DNA of 64,000 nt from a virus. Below, piece after piece: positions 1 to 8,499 of the stretch (position 1 is the stretch's first letter; every line of letters starts with the position of its first letter). The stretch is taken from positions 1-64,000 of the IMG/VR virus record IMGVR_UViG_3300045988_103931. One strand, 5' to 3'. The notes under the pieces were generated by a model that saw only the letters and a program-made list of their open reading frames with translations, made no database searches and was not told the DNA's origin. The position numbers and the translations under genes are program-made.

Positions 1-2
1 AC

Positions 3-179
3 AAGCTAACACAAACACTGACTGGACTTGATGATACTCTGAAGAATCTTCAAAGAGAATTGAGTGATTTTAAGAGCGCAAATAAAGAATCGCACAGTCG
101 TATTTATAACAGACTTGATGAACACGATAAGACACTTGAAGATCACGAGACAAGAATACACGATCTTGAACGTAAATAA
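3..179 (+). CDS. 3' end of a structural-module gene truncated by the window edge (coiled-coil C-terminus)
   Basis: Frame 3 is open from the window edge to TAA 177-179 (...LDDTLKNLQRELSDFKSANKESHSRIYNRLDEHDKTLEDHETRIHDLERK). It lies directly upstream of the sheath-like gene. It is not in the ORF track because no start lies in the window. Confidence 0.45.
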   Translation, partial: KLTQTLTGLDDTLKNLQRELSDFKSANKESHSRIYNRLDEHDKTLEDHETRIHDLERK

Positions 180-211
180 CCGCATAGCGGTAAATATAAG
201 GAGGTTTCTAT

Positions 212-1213
212 ATGGCACTTGATGTAAAAGTAAAAATTGATATGGCTAAAACTTACGGTTCTCTTGGTTTTGGTTATCCTCTCATTCTTGAAGAGAACGC
301 GACAGCGGCAAAGGCTTACGCAGAGTATTCCAATATTGAAGCAGTTGCGACTGGTGGCTATGCAACCACTACGAATGTTTACAAAGCTGCACAGCTTATG
401 TTTATGCAGGAACACAAACCTGAAAAGATTGCGATTTGTTCCGCAACCGACGGCGCAGATGTTTGGCTTGCTGACGAAGCTAACATTTCCAAAGGTTGGA
501 GACAGCTTATTGTAATCAATAGTGGTAGCGGTTCGGCTACGGCTACAACTGCTATTGCAACCGCCATTGAAGCGGCAAGCGTAGAAAAGATGTATTTTGC
601 GAACGAAAGTATGTCCGAAACACTTTCGACTGCACAAGCTATTGTAACAGGCAAGGATAGAACGGTTGAGTTCTACTATACTCCTACAGATGATATTCCC
701 GTTCCTGTTGCGGCTCTTGTGGGCGAAATTGCGGGTCTTACTCCCGGTAGCTATACAGTGAATAACCTTGTTCTCAAAGGTCTTACTCCGCTTGAACTTT
801 CGCAGGATGATATTGACGATATTCACGGCATTAACGGTATTACATTCATTCTGTCTGCGGGTGACGGCGTATGCTCTGAGGGCAAGACTTCAAGCGGCGA
901 GTTCATCGACAACGTAGACGGTAACGACTATATCAAGCAACAGCTTGAATATAAGACACAAAAAGTTCTCAATACAAACCTCAAAGTGCCTTACACTAAT
1001 GCGGGTATCGCGCTTCTTGAAGCTGCTGCTATCAGCGTAATGAAAGACGCACAGAACAAAGGAATCGTTGAGGACTTTACTGTAACTTACGCTCTCCGCG
1101 AACAAACAAGCGAAGCGGACAGAGCAGCGAGAAAGTATTTCGGCGGCAATGTGCAATACTCTATTCAGGGCGCAATTCATACCGTGGAAATCTACTGTCA
1201 AGCAACGGTTTAA
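212..1213 (+). CDS. contractile tail sheath-like protein
   Basis: 333 aa with SD GGAGG upstream. It is followed by a small tube-like protein, a chaperone and the tape measure. The C-terminal part (KVPYTNAGIALLEAAAISVMKDAQNKGIV) resembles sheath-like (DUF3383-type) phage proteins from memory. Confidence 0.55.
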   Translation: MALDVKVKIDMAKTYGSLGFGYPLILEENATAAKAYAEYSNIEAVATGGYATTTNVYKAAQLMFMQEHKPEKIAICSATDGADVWLADEANISKGWRQLIVINSGSGSATATTAIATAIEAASVEKMYFANESMSETLSTAQAIVTGKDRTVEFYYTPTDDIPVPVAALVGEIAGLTPGSYTVNNLVLKGLTPLELSQDDIDDIHGINGITFILSAGDGVCSEGKTSSGEFIDNVDGNDYIKQQLEYKTQKVLNTNLKVPYTNAGIALLEAAAISVMKDAQNKGIVEDFTVTYALREQTSEADRAARKYFGGNVQYSIQGAIHTVEIYCQATV

Positions 1214-1247
1214 ACTAATATTTTAATAAATTCGGGAGGAACTAAAA

Positions 1248-1652
1248 ATGGCTAATATTTCGATTTATAACGCGAAAGATTGTAGCGTCGTTGTAGATGG
1301 AGTATATATCACTGGTCTCGGTGAGGATATGATCTCTATCGAAAAAGAAGAAGCACTCGCGGAAAACGTTGTAGGCGCACAGGGTGATATTATTCGTTCT
1401 GAAATCAACAATACGATATATAACATCACTATTACTGTTCAGCCGACAAGTCCGCAGTTTGCTTATCTTCTCTCGCTGAAAAACAAGGCAGAGACTTTCC
1501 CGATTTGGGTAATCAATAAGTCTCTCAAACTTCGTGCGGGCGGCGAACAGTGCCACATCACAGAAGTGCCTGAAATCTCACTCGGTTCGACAGCGGAAGA
1601 TTGCGAATTTACCTTTACCGCATATGACGGTGATATTATTCCAGAAGTTTAA
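1248..1652 (+). CDS. tail tube-like protein
   Basis: 134 aa with SD GGGAGG. Its size and its position between the sheath-like gene and the chaperone fit a tube protein. The sequence resembles DUF3277/XkdM-type tube proteins from memory. Confidence 0.55.
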   Translation: MANISIYNAKDCSVVVDGVYITGLGEDMISIEKEEALAENVVGAQGDIIRSEINNTIYNITITVQPTSPQFAYLLSLKNKAETFPIWVINKSLKLRAGGEQCHITEVPEISLGSTAEDCEFTFTAYDGDIIPEV

Positions 1653-1669
1653 GAATTTTCGGAATAATC

Positions 1670-1698
1670 TTGACAGAAAAACATTATTTTGATATAAT
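1670..1698 (+). promoter_or_regulatory. consensus sigma-A-type promoter inside the tail module
   Basis: TTGACA (1670-1675), a 17-nt spacer, then TATAAT (1693-1698) preceded by TGa (extended -10). Confidence 0.6.
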
Positions 1699-1704
1699 GT
1701 ATAT

Positions 1705-1856
1705 ACGAAAAGTTATGACCAATGATTGACGGAAGTACATCTCTCACTATCCGAGAATGAAAGAAAACGTAAATCAGACGGACAACTTTTAATGTATATT
1801 TCAATATTGAAGCGGAGGAGGGCGGTTTTTTATACCGCCCTATTTCCGTTATTTTT
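1705..1856 (+). ncRNA. candidate ~150-nt structured RNA (promoter-to-terminator unit)
   Basis: The unit runs from the consensus promoter to an intrinsic terminator. Long-range pairing is possible between ATATACGAAAAGTT (about 1701-1716) and AACTTTTAATGTATAT (about 1783-1798). The only ORFs inside are 4-12 codons long. Confidence 0.3.
1820..1856 (+). terminator. intrinsic terminator
   Basis: GGGCGG (1820-1825), a 9-nt loop, CCGCCC (1835-1840), then a T-rich tail. Confidence 0.6.
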
Positions 1857-1867
1857 AGGAGGATAAT

Positions 1868-2179
1868 ATGGCAAACTTTTATGTAGCAGAAAAGAAAATC
1901 GGTGATACCGTATATAAGGCACAGTTCAACGGTATCGGTGCAGCACTCCGTGCAGTAGATAATTCCTATATTGATGGCACAAGTAATACAAGCCTTGAAA
2001 AACTGTCAAAATATCTGTTTGAAAACGTAATCGTAGAACCGAAGAACCTCACTCCTGACAGCTTCGACAATATGGATGATTTTAACGAGGTTGTCACATT
2101 CGCTCGTGAAGTAATGCAAGGTACATATTTTCGAGAAGGAAAAGTCGAAAAGCCTATTAACAAGGGAAGTAAGGAATAA
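1868..2179 (+). CDS. tail assembly chaperone
   Basis: 103 aa located immediately upstream of the tape measure. An N-terminal pattern (GDTVYKAQFNGIGAALRA) is typical of TAC/XkdN-like proteins. An out-of-frame ORF overlaps its 3' end. Confidence 0.6.
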   Translation: MANFYVAEKKIGDTVYKAQFNGIGAALRAVDNSYIDGTSNTSLEKLSKYLFENVIVEPKNLTPDSFDNMDDFNEVVTFAREVMQGTYFREGKVEKPINKGSKE

Positions 2180-2333
2180 TTGGGATATGTGGCGGTTGGT
2201 TTATTGCGATTATGCTAACTTCACATACGATGAAGTTTTTAATCGTATGACACCGCAAGAAATCAAATCGGCAAATATCGCGCTTGATCTGATACAAGAA
2301 GAAATCAAAAAGGAAACAAAGAAAAAGAAATGA
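2115..2333 (+). other. out-of-frame extension ORF of the tail assembly chaperone (candidate frameshift product)
   Basis: The reading frame with codon starts divisible by 3 is open from 2115 to TGA 2331-2333. It overlaps the last 65 nt of the chaperone ORF, has no own start/SD, and encodes ...WDMWRLVYCDYANFTYDEVFNRMTPQEIKSANIALDLIQEEIKKETKKKK. Confidence 0.4.
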
Positions 2334-2361
2334 AAAGCACTCAAACGCGAGTGCTTTTTTG
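2334..2361 (+). terminator. intrinsic terminator
   Basis: GCACTC (2337-2342), a 6-nt loop, GAGTGC (2349-2354), then TTTTTT. Confidence 0.6.
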
Positions 2362-2389
2362 TTTACTCCTTTTGAAAGGAGGTAGTTAA

Positions 2390-5300
2390 ATGGCTGAGAA
2401 CGTCATCAGAAAAGACGTTATACAGGTCAGTGTGGAAACGGATTCTAAAGGGCTTGAATCTGTTGTTGATATGCTTGATGAGTTGAAAAAGAAACTCACG
2501 GGCGGGGTTAATGATGGACTGGACGATTTGAAAAAGTCGGTCAAGGGCGCGGGACAAGAAGACGGAATTGAGCAATTAGCCAAAGACGCAAAGAAACTGT
2601 CTGACAGTGTTGAAAAAGCTAAAAAGCCGCTAAAAGAAATTGTAAAGACTAATTTTGCGAAATTAAAAAGCGGTTTAGGAAAAGTCGGTAGCAACTTAGC
2701 GGCAATAGCAAAAAAAGCGGGAGTGAGCGCGTATGCAGGATTAAAAAAGTTTGCGCAAGTTGGTTTAGAAAAACTAAAGTCCGGCTTAAAGAAAGTTAAA
2801 GATTACCTATCGGGAATAGCCAAAAAAGCGGCAGGAGCGGCGTGGACGGGTCTTAAAAAGTTGGCAGGTATTTCATTCAAGGCTTTGGCTGCCGGACTTA
2901 CAGGGGCGGCTACTGCTGTAGGATTCATCGTTAAGAACTCCGTCCAAGCCTATGCTGATTATGAGCAGTTGGTTGGTGGTGTAGAAACAATACTCGGTGC
3001 AAAAGGCGCAAAGAGTGTTGAAGAATACGCCAAAATGACTAAAAAATCTGTCGATGAAGTCAAAGATGAATACGGTTCTTTGATGAAAAGCGAAAAGCTC
3101 GTATTAAAGAACGCCGACAATGCTTATAAAACCGCAGGACTTTCAGCAAATGAATACATGGAGACGGTAACGGGATTCTCTGCAAGCCTGTTGCAAGGTC
3201 TTAAAGGTGACACCGTAAAAACTGCTCAATATGCAAATACCGCTGTTATTGACATGGCGGATAACGCGAATAAGATGGGTACTAACATAGGAAGTATCCA
3301 AGACGCATATCAAGGTTTTGCAAAGCAGAATTACACCATGTTAGATAACTTAAAGCTCGGTTATGGCGGCACAAAAGAAGAAATGTCGCGTCTTGTAAAA
3401 GATGCCGCGAACATGACCGATGTTCAAAAGAAACTCGGCGTTACCGTTGATTCAAGCAGTTTGTCTTTTGATAATATCGTAAATGCTATTCACGTCATGC
3501 AAGAAAGCATGGATATTAACGGAACAACGGCGGAAGAAGCAGAGAAAACGATAAGTGGCTCTCTTGCGTCCATGAAATCTGCATGGAATAACTTACTTCC
3601 TGCATTGGTTATGGGCGGTGATAGTTTTGACCGTTGCGTAGATAATCTTGTTGATTCTGTTATGACATTCAAAGACAACATCATGCCCGCGATAACAAAG
3701 GCTTTGTCTGGTGTCGGAGAACTTATAACAAGATTAGCACCTACCATTGAGAAATATTTCCCCGTTCTTGTCAATGAGTTGTTGCCGCCCTTAATCAAGG
3801 CTACAGTGGCATTGGTAAAAGGTCTTATAGCTGCAATGCCGACTATCTTGAAAACAATAGCAAGTGAATTGCCGTGGATTGTACAACAACTCGGACAGGC
3901 AATTTCATCGGCGTTTGGTGCGTCAATGCCGTCTATAGATATATCTGGATTGTTTAACGGTAGCGGCACTTTCAAAGCCATATTTACCGACATTAAAAAC
4001 GCAGTGTCTACCGTTGTGCTTGCTTTGGGCGGTCTTATTGCAAAAATCGTAGAATTTGCAAGCAAACAATCTACGCTTGACGCAATCAAAAATACATGGA
4101 ACGCATTAAAAACGGTCGTGCAAGGCGTATGGACGGTTATTTCTGGTGTTGTTGGATTTTTGGCTAACAATCTTTCGTGGATAGCTCCGTTGGTCATGAC
4201 AATTGTGACGGCTTTCGTAGCATTCAAGACTATAATGCTCGTGATAAAAGGCGTTCAGCTTGCATATGCAGCCGTTCAAGCTATTGTTAATGCGACAATG
4301 TTGGCTTGCCCTGTTACATGGATAGTGCTTGCTATAGCTGCTTTGATAGCTATTATAGTAGCGTGTGCGGTTCACTGGGATACTCTCAGTGCTGCTGCAA
4401 AGAAGTGTTGGGAGGGCATAAAAGGTGCGTGGACAACAGTTGCGGAGTGGTTTAACAATAGTGTGATTCAGCCCGTTGTTTCATTCTTTAAAGGTCTTTG
4501 GAATGGTATAGTTAATATTTTCAAAAGCCTTATGACATGGGTAAAAAATAACTTTAAATCCATACTGTTGTTTATTGTCAACCCCTTTGCGGGAGCATTT
4601 TCTTATTTGTATGAAAATTTTGAGGGGTTCAGAAATTTTGTAAACAATATTTTGCGATCAATCAAAAATTTCTTTGTCGGACTTGGTAGAGGTATTGCAA
4701 AAATAGCTTCAAGCATTAAAGATTCGGTTGTCAATGCGTTCAAAGACGCATGGGATAAAGTTACTGGGATTTGGGATAAATTGAGTGACTTTTTCTCAGG
4801 CATTTGGGACGGAATAAAAGCGACAGGAAAAGGCTTGAAGAACATACTTGTTGATATATGGAAAAATGCGGTAAAGGCTGTTGCGAAACCCGTCAACAAA
4901 GTTATTGGCGGTGCTAACTGGATTCTTGACAAACTCGGCTCTGACAAGAAGCTCGCAGAATGGCAACCTTACGCAAGAGGTACGAATGGGCATAAAGGCG
5001 GTAATGCGCTTGTAAACGACGGAAACGGCGCGGAATTGATACAAATGCCGAATGGCAAAACATTCATTCCGTGTGGTAGAAACGTATTTCTTCCGAACGC
5101 GCCAAAGGGCATGAAAGTGCTTGACGCAGAAAATACCGCTAAACTCATGGGCAAAAACTCCCCGACGTACAATTACAAGGATGGTACAGGTTGGGATATT
5201 TTTGACTTTTTCGATAATGCAAAAGGTCTTGTTGGAAAGGTCATTGAAAAGTTTGTCAATTATAAGGGCATGAGCGGATTTGTTCTTGACGTTGGCAAGT

Positions 5301-6061
5301 CTATGATTTCCAAAGTTAAGGGTACTATGGCTTCGTGGGTTAAAAAAATGTTTAACAAATTCGGCGGCAAAGATATAGCGTCTTATGAGCCGTCCAAAGG
5401 CGTTGAACAATGGAAATCCACAGCCAAACGCGCCCTCAAAATGGAGAAGCAGTATAATGCAGCCAACCTCAAAAGAACACTGTATCAGATGCAAACGGAG
5501 AGCGGCGGTAATCCTCGCGCAATAAACCTGACAGACAGAAACGCGCGAAACGGTACGCCGTCGAAAGGGTTGATGCAAGTCATTGATCCTACGTTCAGAG
5601 CTTACGCAAGAAAAGGCTATAACAAGAATGTATATGACCCGTTAAGCAACATTCTCGCGTCGATACGATATTCCATAGCAACATACGGTTCACTCACAAA
5701 AGCATATCAAGGTCACGGATATGCAAACGGCGGTCTTGTCACTAAACCCGGATGGATTGGAGAGGGCGGCAAGAAAGAAATGGTTATTCCGTTAACCAAA
5801 GGTAAGCGCGAACGTGCTTTAGATCTTTGGGCGCAAACAGGCGATATGCTCGGAGTTTCTTATTCTCCCGAAGGAGATTACGGGAACAGACAATCTGGCA
5901 CAACGGAATACAACACATACAGTCCCTCTTTTTCTATCACAATTAGCGGAACTAATGACGATAGAGCAATGGCAAGAAAAGTCAAGAAGTGGGTAAGCGA
6001 AGCAATGGAAGAGACGTTCGATTCTATGAGCAGAAAAACAACGAGACTTCAAGAAGTATAA
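2390..6061 (+). CDS. tail tape measure protein with C-terminal lytic transglycosylase (SLT) domain
   Basis: 1223 aa. It has repetitive K/A/G-rich helical segments, a central hydrophobic stretch, and the SLT motifs QTESGGNPRAIN and GLMQVIDPTF near the C-terminus. Confidence 0.9.
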   Translation: MAENVIRKDVIQVSVETDSKGLESVVDMLDELKKKLTGGVNDGLDDLKKSVKGAGQEDGIEQLAKDAKKLSDSVEKAKKPLKEIVKTNFAKLKSGLGKVGSNLAAIAKKAGVSAYAGLKKFAQVGLEKLKSGLKKVKDYLSGIAKKAAGAAWTGLKKLAGISFKALAAGLTGAATAVGFIVKNSVQAYADYEQLVGGVETILGAKGAKSVEEYAKMTKKSVDEVKDEYGSLMKSEKLVLKNADNAYKTAGLSANEYMETVTGFSASLLQGLKGDTVKTAQYANTAVIDMADNANKMGTNIGSIQDAYQGFAKQNYTMLDNLKLGYGGTKEEMSRLVKDAANMTDVQKKLGVTVDSSSLSFDNIVNAIHVMQESMDINGTTAEEAEKTISGSLASMKSAWNNLLPALVMGGDSFDRCVDNLVDSVMTFKDNIMPAITKALSGVGELITRLAPTIEKYFPVLVNELLPPLIKATVALVKGLIAAMPTILKTIASELPWIVQQLGQAISSAFGASMPSIDISGLFNGSGTFKAIFTDIKNAVSTVVLALGGLIAKIVEFASKQSTLDAIKNTWNALKTVVQGVWTVISGVVGFLANNLSWIAPLVMTIVTAFVAFKTIMLVIKGVQLAYAAVQAIVNATMLACPVTWIVLAIAALIAIIVACAVHWDTLSAAAKKCWEGIKGAWTTVAEWFNNSVIQPVVSFFKGLWNGIVNIFKSLMTWVKNNFKSILLFIVNPFAGAFSYLYENFEGFRNFVNNILRSIKNFFVGLGRGIAKIASSIKDSVVNAFKDAWDKVTGIWDKLSDFFSGIWDGIKATGKGLKNILVDIWKNAVKAVAKPVNKVIGGANWILDKLGSDKKLAEWQPYARGTNGHKGGNALVNDGNGAELIQMPNGKTFIPCGRNVFLPNAPKGMKVLDAENTAKLMGKNSPTYNYKDGTGWDIFDFFDNAKGLVGKVIEKFVNYKGMSGFVLDVGKSMISKVKGTMASWVKKMFNKFGGKDIASYEPSKGVEQWKSTAKRALKMEKQYNAANLKRTLYQMQTESGGNPRAINLTDRNARNGTPSKGLMQVIDPTFRAYARKGYNKNVYDPLSNILASIRYSIATYGSLTKAYQGHGYANGGLVTKPGWIGEGGKKEMVIPLTKGKRERALDLWAQTGDMLGVSYSPEGDYGNRQSGTTEYNTYSPSFSITISGTNDDRAMARKVKKWVSEAMEETFDSMSRKTTRLQEV

Positions 6062-6065
6062 AGAT

Positions 6066-6093
6066 GGGGGAGCATAGCTCCCCTTTCTATTTT
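6066..6093 (+). terminator. intrinsic terminator
   Basis: GGGGAGC (6067-6073), loop ata, GCTCCCC (6077-6083), then TTTCTATTTT. Confidence 0.6.
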
Positions 6094-6107
6094 AAGGAGG
6101 TGATTAT

Positions 6108-7061
6108 ACGGCTACCGTAAATGGACTTTACGTTTTCGTACAAGATGAAGAAATCACACGAGACATAGAATCAACTACACATCCCGTAGAAACTGGCATT
6201 GAAATAACATCAACCATTCGGAACAAACCTATAACGTTGTCACTTAAAGGCAAAATTGTTGATGTGAAAGGCACAAAGGCGAACGATATTCTTTCCAAAC
6301 TTAAAGAATTGCAAAGAAAAGGTTCTCTTGTGAAATATGTCGGTAGAAATTCTGTGTCGAATTTGCAAATACAATCGTTTAGTACATCGCACCCGTACAC
6401 AAATGCGGGTGGAGCGGATTTTGATATGACACTAAAGGAAATCAGAATTGCCAAAAGTGCATATAACAAATCCACTAATACTGCCAAAAAAACGCAAGAA
6501 CAGAAGAAAAACAGCCCTGATTTATCAGTTGGTTCTATCGTTGTGTTTAAAGGCGGTTCGGTATATGTTTCATCCGACGCAACTAAGCCAGCGGCTACAA
6601 GAGGACGGAGTACTTGCAAAATAACCATAATTAATACGCGCAGTTGGTCTAAACACTCTTATCACTTGATAAGCACAGACGGTGGCAGAGTATATGGATG
6701 GGTAGACAAAAGTAATATTGAGGGTGTTCCGTCAAGTGGCACGGCAGCAAAAACCAACGGCGGTACACAGCAAATTAAGAAATCGACTTCCGCAGTTACC
6801 ACCACAAAAACAACATCAGGCAAACTTGACGTTGTGTATTATACCGTTAAGAAAGGCGATACAGCACTCAAGTTAGTTACTACAACATTCAAGGAATATG
6901 GATTGACTGTCAAAGATTTAATGGACGCAAACCCGTCCGCTTTTTCTGGCAGAGGTATTGCATCGACGTTAAAGGTTGGTGCAAGACTGATGATTGCAAA
7001 GAAATCAACACATACCAGTTCAAGCGGAACAAAGCACGGCGGCGGTGGCGGCAAATTCTAA
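6108..7061 (+). CDS. LysM-domain tail protein (XkdP-like); start uncertain
   Basis: There is a C-terminal LysM motif (YYTVKKGDTALKLVTT...LKVGARLMI) and a central SH3-like stretch. The frame is open from 6096. The first canonical start is TTG 6237, but conserved-looking N-terminal sequence (TATVNGLYVFVQDEEITRDIESTTHPVETG) lies upstream. AAGGAGG at 6094-6100 is correctly spaced for the ACG codon at 6108. Confidence 0.7.
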   Translation, partial: TATVNGLYVFVQDEEITRDIESTTHPVETGIEITSTIRNKPITLSLKGKIVDVKGTKANDILSKLKELQRKGSLVKYVGRNSVSNLQIQSFSTSHPYTNAGGADFDMTLKEIRIAKSAYNKSTNTAKKTQEQKKNSPDLSVGSIVVFKGGSVYVSSDATKPAATRGRSTCKITIINTRSWSKHSYHLISTDGGRVYGWVDKSNIEGVPSSGTAAKTNGGTQQIKKSTSAVTTTKTTSGKLDVVYYTVKKGDTALKLVTTTFKEYGLTVKDLMDANPSAFSGRGIASTLKVGARLMIAKKSTHTSSSGTKHGGGGGKF

Positions 7062-7076
7062 AAACGAGGTGAGCCA

Positions 7077-7406
7077 ATGTATGACACCATTACAATAAAC
7101 AAAGAGCTTGTGCCGTATACATTCAATATATTGCTTGGCGGGGAACTGTTTGAGATTGGCATTGATTACAATGAAACATACGGTTTTTTTACGGTCACCT
7201 TATCAAAAGATGATGAAACGGTATGCGACGGCGAAAAAATAGTATACGGCAAACCTTTGTTTGAAGAAATCTTTGTCAGCGAAAAATTTCCCGCAGTTGA
7301 TATTATCCCATACGATATAAGCGGGAAAGCTGACAGTGTTACATTTGATAATCTATCCGAAACAGTGCAGTTGATTATTGACGATCAAGAAACAAGCGTG
7401 ATATAA
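7077..7406 (+). CDS. small tail/baseplate protein (plug-like), function unknown
   Basis: 109 aa with SD GAGGTGAG, positioned between the LysM protein and the hub-like gene. Confidence 0.5.
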   Translation: MYDTITINKELVPYTFNILLGGELFEIGIDYNETYGFFTVTLSKDDETVCDGEKIVYGKPLFEEIFVSEKFPAVDIIPYDISGKADSVTFDNLSETVQLIIDDQETSVI

Positions 7407-7418
7407 GGCGGTGTTATA

Positions 7419-8327
7419 ATGTCACAGTTTATTAAAAACGGAGAAACAAAACATATATCCCGCTTGATAAAAGCAACAAAAGACTTTGCGGAACAAATTA
7501 AAAGTTATGAGATTGACCCAAAAACAAAAGGTGTATGGGGCAGTCAGGCTAAAGTTATCTGTGGCGGTGTAACCTTAAAATCTGATGAATTGGATTTGGA
7601 GTTTGACGTTGCTTTTGACGATGATATGGAAGCAAACGAAGCCAACGTAACGGTTTATAATTTGTCGGCAAATACGATAAACAATTTAAAGTATCATTCC
7701 AAGATTTCCATTGAAGCGGGATTTAGCGGAGATACGGGAGTAGTGTTTAGCGGATATATTGATAAAGTCACGACAACATACGATGGAGCAGACAAAACAA
7801 CAACTATACGTTGCTATGATGATATATCCAACAAAACAATAACCGAAATTACATATGCGGCAGGAACAAAAGCAAGCTATATACTCAAAGACTTATTGAA
7901 CAAAACAGGAACACCGATAACGGTTTTTGATATGCGCCGTGATTGGACATACAAGAATGAGCAAAAGGTTGACGGGAATCTTGAAGAAAATATAAAGAAG
8001 TTTTCCGAAGTATGCGGAGTATCAACTTATGTCCGTAATGGAAAAATAATAAGTAGATATATAAAAGAATCAGACGGAATAAATTTCACATTGTCAGAAG
8101 AAACTGGTCTGATAGGCTCTCCTACCGCTTTTGAAGAAGAAATAACAGCGGAGGATTACAAGGAAACAGTCAAAGGATGGGAATGTGAGTGTTTGCTTCA
8201 ACACAGATTTGCGGCTGGTGGCAAAATCAAGTTAAAGAGTTTGGGTGCGAACGGAGAGTACAGGATTTGTAGCGGTCATCACACTTTTAACGTTGATGAA
8301 GCTGTAAGTAAAATCAAAATATACTGA
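7419..8327 (+). CDS. baseplate hub / late-control-D-like protein (XkdQ-like)
   Basis: 302 aa. Its position and size match gpD/XkdQ-type hub proteins of PBSX-like tails. Confidence 0.5.
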   Translation: MSQFIKNGETKHISRLIKATKDFAEQIKSYEIDPKTKGVWGSQAKVICGGVTLKSDELDLEFDVAFDDDMEANEANVTVYNLSANTINNLKYHSKISIEAGFSGDTGVVFSGYIDKVTTTYDGADKTTTIRCYDDISNKTITEITYAAGTKASYILKDLLNKTGTPITVFDMRRDWTYKNEQKVDGNLEENIKKFSEVCGVSTYVRNGKIISRYIKESDGINFTLSEETGLIGSPTAFEEEITAEDYKETVKGWECECLLQHRFAAGGKIKLKSLGANGEYRICSGHHTFNVDEAVSKIKIY

Positions 8328-8334
8328 AAACTCA

Positions 8335-8363
8335 TTGACAAATTAATGTTATTGTGGTATAAT
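8335..8363 (+). promoter_or_regulatory. consensus sigma-A-type promoter inside the baseplate module
   Basis: TTGACA (8335-8340), a 17-nt spacer, then TATAAT (8358-8363) with TGg (extended -10). Confidence 0.6.
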
Positions 8364-8369
8364 ATTGTA

Positions 8370-8486
8370 TGGTGAATAGGTATGTACAACCGACAAGGCG
8401 GCAACTCCAAGCCGCCTTTCACTATATTTATAATTGGAGCTGATATAGAAAGAGCATTAAACACACCTTGATTGGTGTGTTTTTTA
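8370..8486 (+). ncRNA. candidate ~115-nt RNA (promoter-to-terminator unit; may encode a 24-codon peptide)
   Basis: The unit contains a GGCGGC/GCCGCC hairpin (8397-8416) and ends at an intrinsic terminator. A possible ORF, MVNRYVQPTRRQLQAAFHYIYNWS, has no obvious SD. Confidence 0.3.
8459..8486 (+). terminator. intrinsic terminator
   Basis: ACACACC (8461-8467), loop ttgatt, GGTGTGT (8474-8480), then TTTTT. Confidence 0.65.
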
Positions 8487-8499
8487 CGTGAGGTGAACG

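Noticed and set aside
143-826. A 227-aa minus-strand ORF antisense to the sheath-like gene. Similar long antisense or alternative-frame ORFs include 3490..4227, 4796..5578, 6128..6628, 10853..11302, 19706..20179, 21035..21517, 36728..37192, 37189..37764, 41052..41474, 43968..44435, 50140..50550, 51680..52174 and 53652..54143.
   Set aside because: - Each lies entirely inside a + strand gene with clear family motifs or good SD and operon context.
- The translations are Cys/Arg/Phe-rich and low-complexity, with no SD.
- Apart from the integrase block, the genome shows no other minus-strand coding.
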